A DNA stretch of 64,000 nucleotides from Longimicrobiales bacterium (GCA_965226375.1 CBDDCX010000008.1:1056001-1120000); one strand, 5' to 3'; shown: positions 9,331-19,782, counted from the stretch's first letter. The notes: generated by a model not told the origin, from the letters alone. Numbers and translations are program-made.

Positions 9331-10746
9331 CTGGAGAACCTGGGTTGGTTGTCGGTAGTCCCACCGGTGGTGGCCATCACCATGGCCATCGTCAGCAGCA
9401 ACGTCTACTTCTCGCTGCTCCTCTTCATCTTCCTCGGGTGGACAATCGTTGACGGCGGCAATCCGATTCAGGGGGCGATCGACACCGTGGACGGGATCGT
9501 GGCGGTGTTCGCCGACACCGGGAACACCCAGATCATCATCTTCCAGTTGTTGATCGGGGGAGTGGTCGCGTTGGTGCAGTATTCAGGTGGCGTCCAGGGC
9601 TTCATCGACTTCCTCCATCGCGACGGCGACATGCCCACCAGGCGGAAGGCCGCACTAGCGACCGTCCTCGCGGCGATGCCCCTTTACATCGAGACCAACA
9701 TCAACTTGCTGGTTCGAGGGTTTGTGGCTCGCCCAGTGTTCGACGCACTTCGCATTTCGCGTGAGAAGCTCGCCTACCTTCTGGACTCGACGTCTTCTCC
9801 AATGGCTGCACTCTTACCGGTCAACGCATGGGGGGCCTATCTGCTCGCCCTGCTAGCAGCCTTTCAGGTCGAAGAGCCCGTGAGGGTTCTCGTTCAGGCC
9901 ATCCCGTTCAATTTCTACGCCATGTGTGCGATCCTGTTCGCGCTATACATCGCGTTGTCGAATAACGACTTCGGACCCATGAAAAAGGCCGAGGATCGGA
10001 TGCGGGAGACTGGGGAAACCATGGCCGAGGGCAGTCAGGCTTTGGTCTCGGACGACGTGCTTTTGATCGAGCCGAAGGAAGGAATCGTGCCAAGGGCGCA
10101 CAATCTTTTCGTCCCCGTGGTCGTGATGATCGTGGTCATGCTCTCGGTCTTGTACATCACCGGAGATGGGAACCTGATGGCGGGCTCGGGATCGGTGGCG
10201 GTTCTGTGGGCGGCCCTGCTGTCAGTGGTCGTCGCGATGGTTCTCTATAGGGTACAGGGGCTGCTCGGGTTCGGAGAGATGAGCGATCGGGTATTGGACG
10301 GCTTCGCCGGCTTTATTCCCGTAGTCGTGCTTCTTGTCTTGGCCTTTGCGATCTCGGGTACGGTGCAGGCGCTCGGCACCGGGGACTACCTGGCGGAGTT
10401 GGCCAGGGCGTCCGTCAGCCCCATCCTCATTCCCGGTGTCATCTTTCTTACGACATGCTTCACGTCTTTCTCGACGGGCACCTCTTGGGGGACCTGGGCC
10501 ATCATGATCCCCATTGCCCTGCCTATCGCATCAGCTACGGGGCTCGACGTTGGACTGGTTCTCGGGGCTGTCATGGGGGGTGGCATCTTCGGCGATCACT
10601 GTTCGCCCATCTCTGACACCACAATCGTTGCGTCGTTAGCCGGTGGCACGAGTCATCGGGATCACGTGCGGACCCAGCTGCCGTATGCAACAATCGCCGC
10701 CGCTGGGGCGTTGTTGTTGTACACAGTCGCTGCCGTCATCCTTTAA
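9331..10746 (+). CDS. NhaC-family (Na+/H+ antiporter-like, probably amino-acid) transporter
   Basis: ISREKLAYLLDSTSSP, SFSTGTSWGT, GGGIFGDHCSPISDTTI, HVRTQLPY; start CTG 9331 or TTG 9349. Confidence 0.88.
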   Translation: MENLGWLSVVPPVVAITMAIVSSNVYFSLLLFIFLGWTIVDGGNPIQGAIDTVDGIVAVFADTGNTQIIIFQLLIGGVVALVQYSGGVQGFIDFLHRDGDMPTRRKAALATVLAAMPLYIETNINLLVRGFVARPVFDALRISREKLAYLLDSTSSPMAALLPVNAWGAYLLALLAAFQVEEPVRVLVQAIPFNFYAMCAILFALYIALSNNDFGPMKKAEDRMRETGETMAEGSQALVSDDVLLIEPKEGIVPRAHNLFVPVVVMIVVMLSVLYITGDGNLMAGSGSVAVLWAALLSVVVAMVLYRVQGLLGFGEMSDRVLDGFAGFIPVVVLLVLAFAISGTVQALGTGDYLAELARASVSPILIPGVIFLTTCFTSFSTGTSWGTWAIMIPIALPIASATGLDVGLVLGAVMGGGIFGDHCSPISDTTIVASLAGGTSHRDHVRTQLPYATIAAAGALLLYTVAAVIL

Positions 10747-10805
10747 CGAGTCGGATTGGAAGGTAGAAATGCTCTGTCGGTCTGCATCGTATCTTCTTCA
10801 ATCGC

Positions 10806-12262
10806 GAAGCTGTCCCAACCGTAGTTGAAGGTTCCCGATAGGGGAGAAAGAAAAGTGGTGGCTCCGGGGGTCCCGGGCCGATAGGCTCGGGTAGGCAAAA
10901 ACCCCAACACGGAGCCACCACGATGAAGAGAACATACGAGGTAAGGGATCGGGCGGACAAGCGCGCGATCAGGGAGTTCCTGAAGCGGGAGGGGCAGTTT
11001 CTGGTTCCGATGCTTGAGCTCGTGGAGCAGACGGAGGTCGCGATCGACGAAGTCATCCAGGTGATGGGACGAGCGACGATCGAAGCGGTGCTGGAGATGA
11101 GCGCCGAGGGTGTGGCAGGCGTGAAGCAGGCAGGTCGGTCACGAGCGGAAGACGACACGGTGTGGTATGGCCGGCAGGGTGGTGTGGTTTACCTGTCGGA
11201 CCGGAAGGTGCGTGTGGAGCGGCCACGGCTCAGGCGCCGGGGCGCCGGGGAGGGTGGCGAGGTCGAGGTGCCGGCGTACGCAGCGATGCGGAGACCGGGC
11301 GCCGTGGCGGATCGGATGCTCGAGGTCCTGATGGCGGGGGTGAGCACGCGGAAGTACGGCCGTGTGATCGGTGAGATGGCCGACACGGTCGGGGTGAGCA
11401 AGTCGGCGGTGAGCCGTGAGACGGTCGAGGCCTCGGAGCGCGTGCTGAAGGAGCTGATGGAGCGCCGGCTGGATGCGTGGGACCTCCTGGTGATCTACCT
11501 GGACGGGATCCAGATGGGCTCGCACCACGTGCTTGCTGCGGTAGGCGTGGACTCAGACGGAAAGAAGCACGTGCTGGGCGTGAGGGAAGGAGCGAGTGAG
11601 AACGCCGAGGTGACCAGCGCGCTCCTAGAGGATCTGGTCGAGCGCGGCCTGGACCCGGGCAGGCGGCGGCTGTTCGTGATCGATGGCTCGAAAGCGCTCA
11701 GGAAGGCGATCGAGAAGGTGTTCGGCCAACGTCACCCCATCCAGCGCTGCCGCAACCACAAGCTCCGCAACGTGCTGGGTCATCTGCCGAAGGATCAGCA
11801 TCCTCAGGTGAAGGCGGCGTTCCGGGCGGCGATGAAGCTGGACGCGAAGCAGGGCGAGCAGAAGCTCGAGCAGCTCGCCCGATGGCTCGAGCGCGACCAC
11901 CCCTCGGCCTCGGCCAGCCTACGCGAAGGCCTCAGCGAGATGTTCACGATCAACCGGCTCGGCCTCCCGCCGCGGCTGAGGAAGTGCCTGGGCTCGACCA
12001 ACCTGATCGACAGCACCCACTCGGGCGTAAGACAGAAGACCCGCAGGGTGACCCACTGGAAGAACGGAGCGATGGCCTTGCGCTGGGCTGCGGCCTCGTT
12101 CGTGGAGACCGAGAAGAGCTACCGGAGGATCATCGGCTACGACCAGCTCTGGATGCTCAGGGCCCACCTCGACGACCATGAACCGGTTGCCGAAATGAGA
12201 AAGGCAGGCTAACAAGGAGACTCTCCGGAGCCACCACCTTCAACTGTCAGCGGGACACCATC
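10806..12262 (+). mobile_element. IS256 family insertion sequence
   Basis: Imperfect IRs GAAGCTGTCCCAACCGTAGTTGAAGGT / rc GATGGTGTCCCGCTGACAGTTGAAGGT; 8-bp target duplication TCAATCGC at 10798-10805 and 12263-12270. Confidence 0.93.
10923..12212 (+). CDS. IS256 family transposase
   Basis: GVSTR, IYLDG, LFVIDGSKAL, QRCRNHKLRNV, STNLIDS. Confidence 0.93.
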   Translation: MKRTYEVRDRADKRAIREFLKREGQFLVPMLELVEQTEVAIDEVIQVMGRATIEAVLEMSAEGVAGVKQAGRSRAEDDTVWYGRQGGVVYLSDRKVRVERPRLRRRGAGEGGEVEVPAYAAMRRPGAVADRMLEVLMAGVSTRKYGRVIGEMADTVGVSKSAVSRETVEASERVLKELMERRLDAWDLLVIYLDGIQMGSHHVLAAVGVDSDGKKHVLGVREGASENAEVTSALLEDLVERGLDPGRRRLFVIDGSKALRKAIEKVFGQRHPIQRCRNHKLRNVLGHLPKDQHPQVKAAFRAAMKLDAKQGEQKLEQLARWLERDHPSASASLREGLSEMFTINRLGLPPRLRKCLGSTNLIDSTHSGVRQKTRRVTHWKNGAMALRWAAASFVETEKSYRRIIGYDQLWMLRAHLDDHEPVAEMRKAG

Positions 12263-12296
12263 TCAATCGCTCGCCCAATCCCGCTAGGAGTGAACT

Positions 12297-15200
12297 ATGC
12301 CAAATTTTTGTTCGAAAAGACTCCTTTTGGTCGCGTTCTTGCTGATCCCGGGGGCACTCGGTGCTCAAGAGATACGCACCGTGACCGGGACTGTAACTGA
12401 GTTAGAGACGCTCCAGGCGTTCCCGGGCGTCGAGATCGGGGTTAAGGGGACCAAGATTCTGGCAGTGACCAACGCGGAGGGTTTCTACACTATACGCGTT
12501 CCAGCCGGAGCAGAGACGCTGGTCGCCAGCTACCTGGGGTACCGGACACAGGAGATGGCGGTCGCTCCCCGCGTGGACGTCCAAATGTCCCAAGAGGCCA
12601 TCGGCATCGAGGGACTTACGGTCACTGCGCTCGGGGTGAAGCGTGAAAAGAGGTCGCTGGGCTACTCGGTTCAGGACGTCTCGGGTGCAGATATCTCGGA
12701 AGTCCCAGAGCTCAATATCGTGAATTCGCTGAAGGGAAAAGTGGCGGGTGTCCAGATTACGAACGCTGGTCCGACAGGCGGCTCGGCCCGGATCGTGATC
12801 CGGGGCGCGAGCTCGATCGGGGGAAGTAACCAGCCGCTGTTCATCGTGGACGGTGTGCCGATCGCCAATGTTTCCTCTTCCAACGACGGATTCGGTGGCC
12901 AGTTCTTCGGAACCAGCGTGGATTACGGTAACACGGCTTCTGACCTCGACCCTGCCAACATCGAGTCTATCAGTGTCTTGAAGGGTCCGAACGCCGCCGC
13001 CCTCTACGGCTCACGAGCAGCGGGCGGCGCCGTGGTCATCACGACCAAGTCCGGGAGAGGGGCCCCCGACGGAGGATTGGGCATAACGGCTTCCATGAGC
13101 CTCACCATGGAGGAGCCGCTTCGGCTACCTACTTATCAGAACCGATACGGTCAGGGGCTCTTCGGCGAATTCAATTTTGTCGACGGCGCCGGCGATGGCC
13201 TCTGGGACCATGTGGACGAGAGTTGGGGTCCTGCGCTCTGTCCGGAGGTGTCGGGGTGCGAGACGCTGATCGATCAGTTCACCGGTGTACAGCAGCCCTG
13301 GGTCGCGCAACCCGGGAACGTGCGGGACTTCTTTCGGACGGGCACCACGCTGAACACCAACGTGGCCCTCGCGCGCGCCGGTGAGCGATCCAACGTGCGC
13401 CTGTCTATCACCGACATGGAGCTCACCGGCATGTCTCCAGGCAACAGCATGCAACGGATCGGAGTGGCTCTGAAGGGTGGAGCCACTCTCACCGAGCGGC
13501 TCTCGGCCGAAGCGTCTGTGAACTACATCGACACGGAAGGGGTCAACCGGCCGGGCACGGGATACGGCACGGACAACCCGATGCAGCAGTTCATCTGGTT
13601 CGGTCGACAGGTGGACTTGGAACAGCTTCGTAATTACCGATGCAGTGGGGGCGAGGCGACACCCTGCATTGTCAACGATGGTCAGTACAACTGGAATTAC
13701 AACTACCACAACAACCCGTTCTGGGAGGCTTTGGTCAACACGAACGGCGACGAACGCGACCGCCTCATTGGGCACCTCAACATGGACTATCAGCTCAATG
13801 ACTGGGTGACCGCTTCGGCACGGGTTGGCCGCGATTGGTACCGGGACCACCGCAAGCGCGTGACTGCTCCCAACAGCCTGGACGACGATGGGTTCGGCTC
13901 TTTCTCGGAGGAGACCCTCTACCGATCGGAAACCAATGTCGACGTGTTGGTCAGCGCCACACGGCAGCTAACGTCGGACCTCACGCTGGACGTGGCAGCG
14001 GGCGGGAACAGCCGAAGCAGTACGTTCGAGGGCAGTGGGGTTGGGGTTTCCAGGCTGACGGTTCCCGGCATCTATACCATCGATAATGCGGCTGTGTCTG
14101 CGATCCCTTGGGATCAGTTTGCAGAGAAGGAGGTCCGGAGCTTGTACGGCTCCGCCACCCTGAACTATAGGGGGTACTGGAACTTGGACCTGACCGGACG
14201 AAACGATTGGTCGTCGACGCTTCCGAAGGCCAACAACTCGTACTTCTATCCCTCGGTCTCGACTGCTTTCGTATTCACGGATGCTTTCCAACTCCAGAAT
14301 GACGTGCTCAGCTCCGGCAAGGTGCGCGGAAGCTGGACGCGGGTGGGGAGCGATGCGGGTCCCTACCAGCTCGAGGCGGTCTACTCCGCGCAGCCCGTGT
14401 GGGCCGGGGAGGTCGCGATGTTCGCGGTTCCAAACCAACTGACGAACGCGGCCCTCAAGCCCGAGGAGACTACGGCCTGGGAGGTTGGGGCGGACTTAGG
14501 CTTCTTCGATGAGCGGTTGGGCTTCGTCCTCACCTATTACCAGCGCACAACGGGGCAACAGATTCTGAACGTGGAGACCTCGCGGGCCACCGGGTACAGT
14601 GGGGTAGTCCTGAACGCCGGTGAAATTGCGAACAAAGGCTTCGAGGTCTTGCTCCGGGCCATGCCGGTCGACCTGGATAATGGTTTCCGCTGGGACATGA
14701 CGGTCAACTGGAGCTGGAACAGTCCAAAGGTCACGAAGCTGTTCGGTGACATGGAGACCTTGGTTCTCGGCTCCTATTGGAGCATGAATATCGAGGCCCG
14801 TCTCGGTGAGCCCTATGGAGCGTTTTACGGCAACGGCTATCTGCGTTGCACGGAGGAGTCGGTCGGTGCCGCGGACTGCGCGAGTGACCAGATCGGGATG
14901 GTGATGCTCAGCTCCGGTGGGGTGCCTCTCATCGATCCGGAGCGTCGTGTGCTCGGTAACTACAACCCCGACTGGATTGGCGGTATCCAGAACCGGTTCA
15001 GTTGGGGTCCGCTCGATGTGAGCGTACTGGTCGACGGCCAAGCCGGAGGTGACGTCTTCTCCACGACGAACTGGTGGGGTGAATACACCGGCGTGCTCGA
15101 GTCCACTCTTCTCGGCCGCACCACCGACTTCTGCGAGCCGGGAATCGTGGTACAGGGAGTCCTGCCCGACGGCTCGAGCAACGGCGACGGCACGGTCGAG

Positions 15201-15506
15201 GTCGTTACCTGCCCACAGGATTTCTTTCACGGAAACTTTGGGATCCAAGCGGCGTCGATCGAGGACGCGAGCTACATGAAGCTCCGCGAGGTCCGGATTG
15301 GGTATGAGTTCCCGACCGCCTGGCTGGACGCCGTCGGCTTCCGGGGAGGCAACCTGAGCCTCATTGGAAGGAACCTGTTCCTTTGGTCCAATATCGAGAA
15401 CATCGATCCGGAGACGGCGTTCGACGCCAGCAACGTCCAGGGCATCGAGTTCGGTCAATTCCCGACGGCTAGAAGCATCGGGTTCTCCCTCTCCCTGCGG
15501 CCTTAA
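12297..15506 (+). CDS. susC: SusC/RagA family TonB-dependent outer membrane receptor
   Basis: VTALGVKREKRSLGYSVQ, PLFIVDGVP, VLKGPNAAALYGSRA, GRNDWSSTLP, YFYPSVS, LKPEETTAWEVG. Confidence 0.93.
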   Translation: MPNFCSKRLLLVAFLLIPGALGAQEIRTVTGTVTELETLQAFPGVEIGVKGTKILAVTNAEGFYTIRVPAGAETLVASYLGYRTQEMAVAPRVDVQMSQEAIGIEGLTVTALGVKREKRSLGYSVQDVSGADISEVPELNIVNSLKGKVAGVQITNAGPTGGSARIVIRGASSIGGSNQPLFIVDGVPIANVSSSNDGFGGQFFGTSVDYGNTASDLDPANIESISVLKGPNAAALYGSRAAGGAVVITTKSGRGAPDGGLGITASMSLTMEEPLRLPTYQNRYGQGLFGEFNFVDGAGDGLWDHVDESWGPALCPEVSGCETLIDQFTGVQQPWVAQPGNVRDFFRTGTTLNTNVALARAGERSNVRLSITDMELTGMSPGNSMQRIGVALKGGATLTERLSAEASVNYIDTEGVNRPGTGYGTDNPMQQFIWFGRQVDLEQLRNYRCSGGEATPCIVNDGQYNWNYNYHNNPFWEALVNTNGDERDRLIGHLNMDYQLNDWVTASARVGRDWYRDHRKRVTAPNSLDDDGFGSFSEETLYRSETNVDVLVSATRQLTSDLTLDVAAGGNSRSSTFEGSGVGVSRLTVPGIYTIDNAAVSAIPWDQFAEKEVRSLYGSATLNYRGYWNLDLTGRNDWSSTLPKANNSYFYPSVSTAFVFTDAFQLQNDVLSSGKVRGSWTRVGSDAGPYQLEAVYSAQPVWAGEVAMFAVPNQLTNAALKPEETTAWEVGADLGFFDERLGFVLTYYQRTTGQQILNVETSRATGYSGVVLNAGEIANKGFEVLLRAMPVDLDNGFRWDMTVNWSWNSPKVTKLFGDMETLVLGSYWSMNIEARLGEPYGAFYGNGYLRCTEESVGAADCASDQIGMVMLSSGGVPLIDPERRVLGNYNPDWIGGIQNRFSWGPLDVSVLVDGQAGGDVFSTTNWWGEYTGVLESTLLGRTTDFCEPGIVVQGVLPDGSSNGDGTVEVVTCPQDFFHGNFGIQAASIEDASYMKLREVRIGYEFPTAWLDAVGFRGGNLSLIGRNLFLWSNIENIDPETAFDASNVQGIEFGQFPTARSIGFSLSLRP

Positions 15507-15532
15507 CGGCACCGGAAAGAAAGGCATAAATC

Positions 15533-16978
15533 ATGCGTAACATGAGACCTGTCCGGGCCGCAAGTTTGGTCATTGTTGCTTGGACTGCCGCAGCTTGTAC
15601 AGACGGGTTGACGGACATCAATGCCAACCCGAACGCCCCGACCGACGTGTCTGCTCGGTTCCTTCTTCCTCAGGCGATTCAGAGCTCGGTTCGGACGGCG
15701 TTCGGCACCTCGCAGATGGCGTCGCATACCGGCATCTGGGCTCAGCATTTTGTCCAGATTCAGTACCCGAGTGAGGAACAGGGTCAGGTGCGCGCTTCGA
15801 GCATGGAGGCGTTCTGGGGCGGGTACTACGCCGGAGGTCTGAAGGACACCCAGTTGGTGGTGGACAAGGGGGTCGAGTCCGGTGAACCGAACATCGAGGG
15901 CGTCGGTCGAATCTGGAAGTCCTGGATCTTCCACATCGTCACGGACCTCTGGGGCGACGTGCCGTACTCAGAGGCCCTTGCGGGCGAGGCGATCGCCGTG
16001 CCGGTCTACGATGCGCAGTCGACCGTCTATGACGGGCTGTTCGCGGATCTGGCGCGGGGCGCGTCGCTGGTGGGCTCCGGAAGTACAAATTTCGGATCCG
16101 GTGATCTTCTCTACGGCAACAATTTCACCCGATGGCGCCGGTTCGCGAATTCGCTTCGCATGCGCCTGGCCATGCGCCTTTCGGAAGTGGACCCCGGAAG
16201 GGCACGCGCCGAGTTCGCGACTGCGTTCGCCGAGGGTGGCTTCTCCAGCAACCTGGACAACGCTTTTTTGGATTATCCAGGCTCTCCGTATGAGAATCCG
16301 TTCTATGTGGATTATCTCACGCGTGACGACCACGGGGTGAGCGAAACCATGATCGACATGCTTGTCGATCTGAACGACCCGCGGCTCGCCCTGTATGCAA
16401 AGCCGGCACGTAGGGACGGACAGTACCGCGGGCACGAAAATGGCTCGGAGCACCTGCCTCCTGGGCAATCGCTGTCCTTCTTTTCCCGGATCGGTGAATT
16501 CTGGCGTGGTGACGCCTCGGCTGCGACTCCGAGCGCCGTCATGACCTACGCCGAGGTGCTCTTCCTACAGGCTGAAGCCGCCGCAAGGGGTTGGATCAGC
16601 GGAAATCCTGCTGAGCTCTATGTCGAGGCCATCGAGGCCAACATGCGCATGTACAGTCTATACGTAGAAGGGCCGAGTAGCGCCGAAATCTCGGCCTATC
16701 TCGCCCAGCCCGAGGTAGCCTACGGCGGGTTGAGCTCAATCCATCTCCAGAAGTGGATTGCGCTTTGGATGAACGGTCAGGAAGCGTACTCCAACTGGCG
16801 TCGAGTAGATTCGCCGACGCTCATGGCGGGGCCGGATCTGATGACCAGCCGGATTCCGATTCGTTTCTCCTACCCGGATAGTGAGCAGTCGCTGAACAGT
16901 AGCAATCTGGACGCGGCGGTCGCCCGCCAGGGCGGTGGACTCGATCTGGTAACCCCGGTTTGGTGGGATATGAACTAG
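15533..16978 (+). CDS. susD: SusD/RagB family lipoprotein
   Basis: Lipobox AAAC, TDLWGDVPYSEAL, WRRFANSLRMR, YAEVLFLQAEA, QKWIAL, PVWWD. Confidence 0.92.
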   Translation: MRNMRPVRAASLVIVAWTAAACTDGLTDINANPNAPTDVSARFLLPQAIQSSVRTAFGTSQMASHTGIWAQHFVQIQYPSEEQGQVRASSMEAFWGGYYAGGLKDTQLVVDKGVESGEPNIEGVGRIWKSWIFHIVTDLWGDVPYSEALAGEAIAVPVYDAQSTVYDGLFADLARGASLVGSGSTNFGSGDLLYGNNFTRWRRFANSLRMRLAMRLSEVDPGRARAEFATAFAEGGFSSNLDNAFLDYPGSPYENPFYVDYLTRDDHGVSETMIDMLVDLNDPRLALYAKPARRDGQYRGHENGSEHLPPGQSLSFFSRIGEFWRGDASAATPSAVMTYAEVLFLQAEAAARGWISGNPAELYVEAIEANMRMYSLYVEGPSSAEISAYLAQPEVAYGGLSSIHLQKWIALWMNGQEAYSNWRRVDSPTLMAGPDLMTSRIPIRFSYPDSEQSLNSSNLDAAVARQGGGLDLVTPVWWDMN

Positions 16979-16999
16979 GGTCCTGTCCCAGAAGTCGCT
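16975..16999. repeat. Left-end remnant of CTAG hairpin repeat
   Basis: CTAGGGTCCTGTCCCAGAAGTCGCT vs CTAGTGTCCCATCCCAGAAAGTCGCT at 41089. Confidence 0.6.
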
Positions 17000-17008
17000 A
17001 ACGTGCGG

Positions 17009-17458
17009 CTACCCGATGCTACGCATGAAAATCAGGATGAGCCCGTGCGCATGGGTAGCGTACCCGGGGCGTTTGGTGAAGCCCTGCGGGTAAACCTCGA
17101 TCGACTCCACATCGTGGCTTCGAAGGGACTCCAGAATGCATGTATCTGAAGAAAGCGTACCGTCCACGTATACGTGAGGCCTGATCGCCTGCTGGAACGC
17201 CACTTGTTGGCGGATGTTCACCTCGGGACAACCAGCTCCCGTCCGTCGGACCTTCAGATTCGGCACCTTGCCCTCTATGGTGCTGAGGACCGATCCCCGT
17301 CCGTCGGTCAACGCGGTACCCGTCAGAATAAAGCCACCATCTCGCACATCGATACCGTTGTCAGTGCGAGCTCGGCCGTCGGGAAATTGAGCGGTCTGGC
17401 ACGTAGCCAGCGAGATCGCCAAGACAGGGAGAAAGACTCTGCAGGCCTCAATGAACAT
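17009..17458 (-). CDS. Small lipoprotein with stand-alone TonB-plug-like domain
   Basis: LATC lipobox; GKVPNLKV, PHVYVDG, DVESIEVY, HGLILIF; no barrel. Confidence 0.65.
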   Translation of the reverse strand: MFIEACRVFLPVLAISLATCQTAQFPDGRARTDNGIDVRDGGFILTGTALTDGRGSVLSTIEGKVPNLKVRRTGAGCPEVNIRQQVAFQQAIRPHVYVDGTLSSDTCILESLRSHDVESIEVYPQGFTKRPGYATHAHGLILIFMRSIG

Positions 17459-17590
17459 GGATCTCTCCCCTCGATGGAAGCCAACACCCTACCGATTAGA
17501 TACGGACGTGGCGGCGATCCGTTTCCTCTTGCTCTTTCCGCAATTCTCCCCGGTATTGGATGGGTGCTCAGGTCTTGAAAAAGAGAGGGT

Positions 17591-19569
17591 ATGGAACGAT
17601 CGACGGACAGTACTGAACCGCCGAAATCAGAGGTCAGGGCCAAGGGGTTGAATCTCCGCTGGCCTCCTCCGGGTCTGGAGCGGCTACAGGGCGACGTCTG
17701 GAACGTGGTTCGTAGCGGCACCCTCGCCGCATTGATCCTGGTGTTCCCGCTTCTTCTGTCCATCTCGGTCGAGCAGGACTTCTGGAGCCTGGGCCCACTC
17801 GGTAGTGCCTGGTGGGTCATCTTGATCACCACCGGGGTGGGAATCGGTCTGGTCCTGGAGACCTTTGTCACGCTCATGCGCCTGCTGCGGCGTGCCGGCA
17901 AGTCGGTAGAGAGAGGATACCGATGGCGAATCGTGGCCCAGGTGGCCTGCGACGAACGGCGCGACACCGGCTTCCTGCTTCAGGGGGCCAGGTGGTATGC
18001 CATGCTCACGGAAGGCCAGAGAGGGGCGGTGGCCGGCCTTCGACTTGTCGGTGCGGCCACACAGGTGGTCTCCATTCTGTGGCTTTCGGCGGGTTTCGCA
18101 GTCGCCGTGCTGCTAGCGGCGAGAGGGAGCCTGACGACGACGGGCGTGATCATTTTCACTCTCGCTCCCGCCGCGGCTTGCCTCCTCTTGGCTCTGCTTG
18201 TCCGCACCGTCGAGGGCAACCTGGTCCGACGGGCCCGTAGGGAGTGGTTCCGCCAGCCGTGGGCGGAGGAGCTCGAGGTCAGTGACGTCGAAGAATGGCA
18301 AACCCTGTTGGCCGGAGAGGGTGGATGGCAGGCCCCCGGCTCGGCGTCACCTCAGGCGAAGGTCATCCGGTTCGCGGCCCTGGGGGTGGGCCTCCTCGGT
18401 GTGCTCGCTGTCTTGCCTCCGTTCACCTTGGCGCCGACATCGGCCATCGGGCCGATCATGGCCTCGGTCGCGATCCCCAGGTTCGCACAGACGCAGGAAA
18501 GAGCTGCGCGGGCCGAGGCCTATCGCCCGTATCGGCTTTCCGCGGATGCGAGCGTGGATCCCCTAGAGGCGGGCCGTCTGCTCCAGACGCTGATGTATGT
18601 CGGCCGTAGGACGAGCAACATCCCGGGCGAGGTCCCACCACGGCAGCACTATTCGGCACGCTGGTTCCCGCTCCCCGATGATCCCGGTGGACCCACAGGC
18701 GTCGACCCGAGGCGTTGGGGGCAAGACCTGCTGTCCCGGGCTCGTTCGCTGTCATCGGCTGAGCTCGCCTACCTGGCCGGTATCGCGTCGCACGCAGCGC
18801 ACGGGGACTTCTCACGCCTTGCGGTAGCGGGCGAACTCGACGTGATGGCGGGTCGCTGGAAGCTCCCGTTCGATGGTGTGAGCATCGCAACCCTCCCGTC
18901 CCGAGATTCAACTATCTCACACGGGGCGCCAACGCACATTTGGGCAAGGCCATATACGAGTTGGCCCTCGGAGACGAGTCCCAGGCCGAGGAGACCATAC
19001 GAGAGGTCCTCTCCGTGGGTTTTCTCATTGCGGCGGATGGGCCCACGCTCATCGATAACCTGATCGGATTCTCCTTGGTGAACCTGGGAGCAACGGCCCT
19101 CGAGGCGTTCTATGAAATTACGGGTCGTTCCTCGGACCTGGCGGCGTTTCGGCAAGCTCGAGACGCCGCCAGGCGGGCCGCTCGGGTGCTGACTCAAGGT
19201 CGAGCCACGACGTTGGAGAGCACGCTGGCGGAACTGCCTGAGATCGCCGCCAGTTCGGTGGCGTTGAGGGGTCTCCGCTGGGAGTTCTTCACGCTTACCA
19301 ACACCATCGCCCCCTGCATCAACCTGAACCGAATCGTCTTCGGGCCCGACAGCAACTACGCTGAGTGGGTGGAGGAGGTGCGACGCTCGCTCGTCAGATG
19401 GCCATCAGAAGAGGCCCTCTTCGACTTGGCCCTGGACGGGTATTTCGGAGCGCCCCCTGATCCCGGTACGTCCACTTTCCTGAGCCGCGTCCTGGGCATC
19501 GCCATGGGTGGCCAGGGGGCTTCTGGTAGCTGTTCCGCAGTCTTCCGTCGTCTGAGCGCAGGGCGCTAG
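17591..19569 (+). pseudogene. Hypothetical membrane protein split by a one-base frameshift
   Basis: ORFs 17591-19063 and 18940-19569 join as ATLPVPRFNYLTRGANAHLGKAIYE if one C is added at the CCC run 18895-18897. Confidence 0.65.
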
Positions 19570-19589
19570 CTGATACGTCTCAGATCTCG

Positions 19590-19617
19590 TTGACGGTCCA
19601 TAACGGTCTGTTAGCTT
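19590..19617 (+). promoter_or_regulatory. sigma70-type promoter for tRNA-Arg
   Basis: TTGACG-16 nt-TAGCTT with TG extension. Confidence 0.55.
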
Positions 19618-19651
19618 CCACCAGGTTTCCGGCCGTATCCGGCCGGCTCCG

Positions 19652-19725
<74 letters not shown>

Positions 19726-19782
19726 CTCAGAAAGAACAGTCAATAAGGGATCGTTCGCGATCCCGTCGGGTATCAGATTCCA

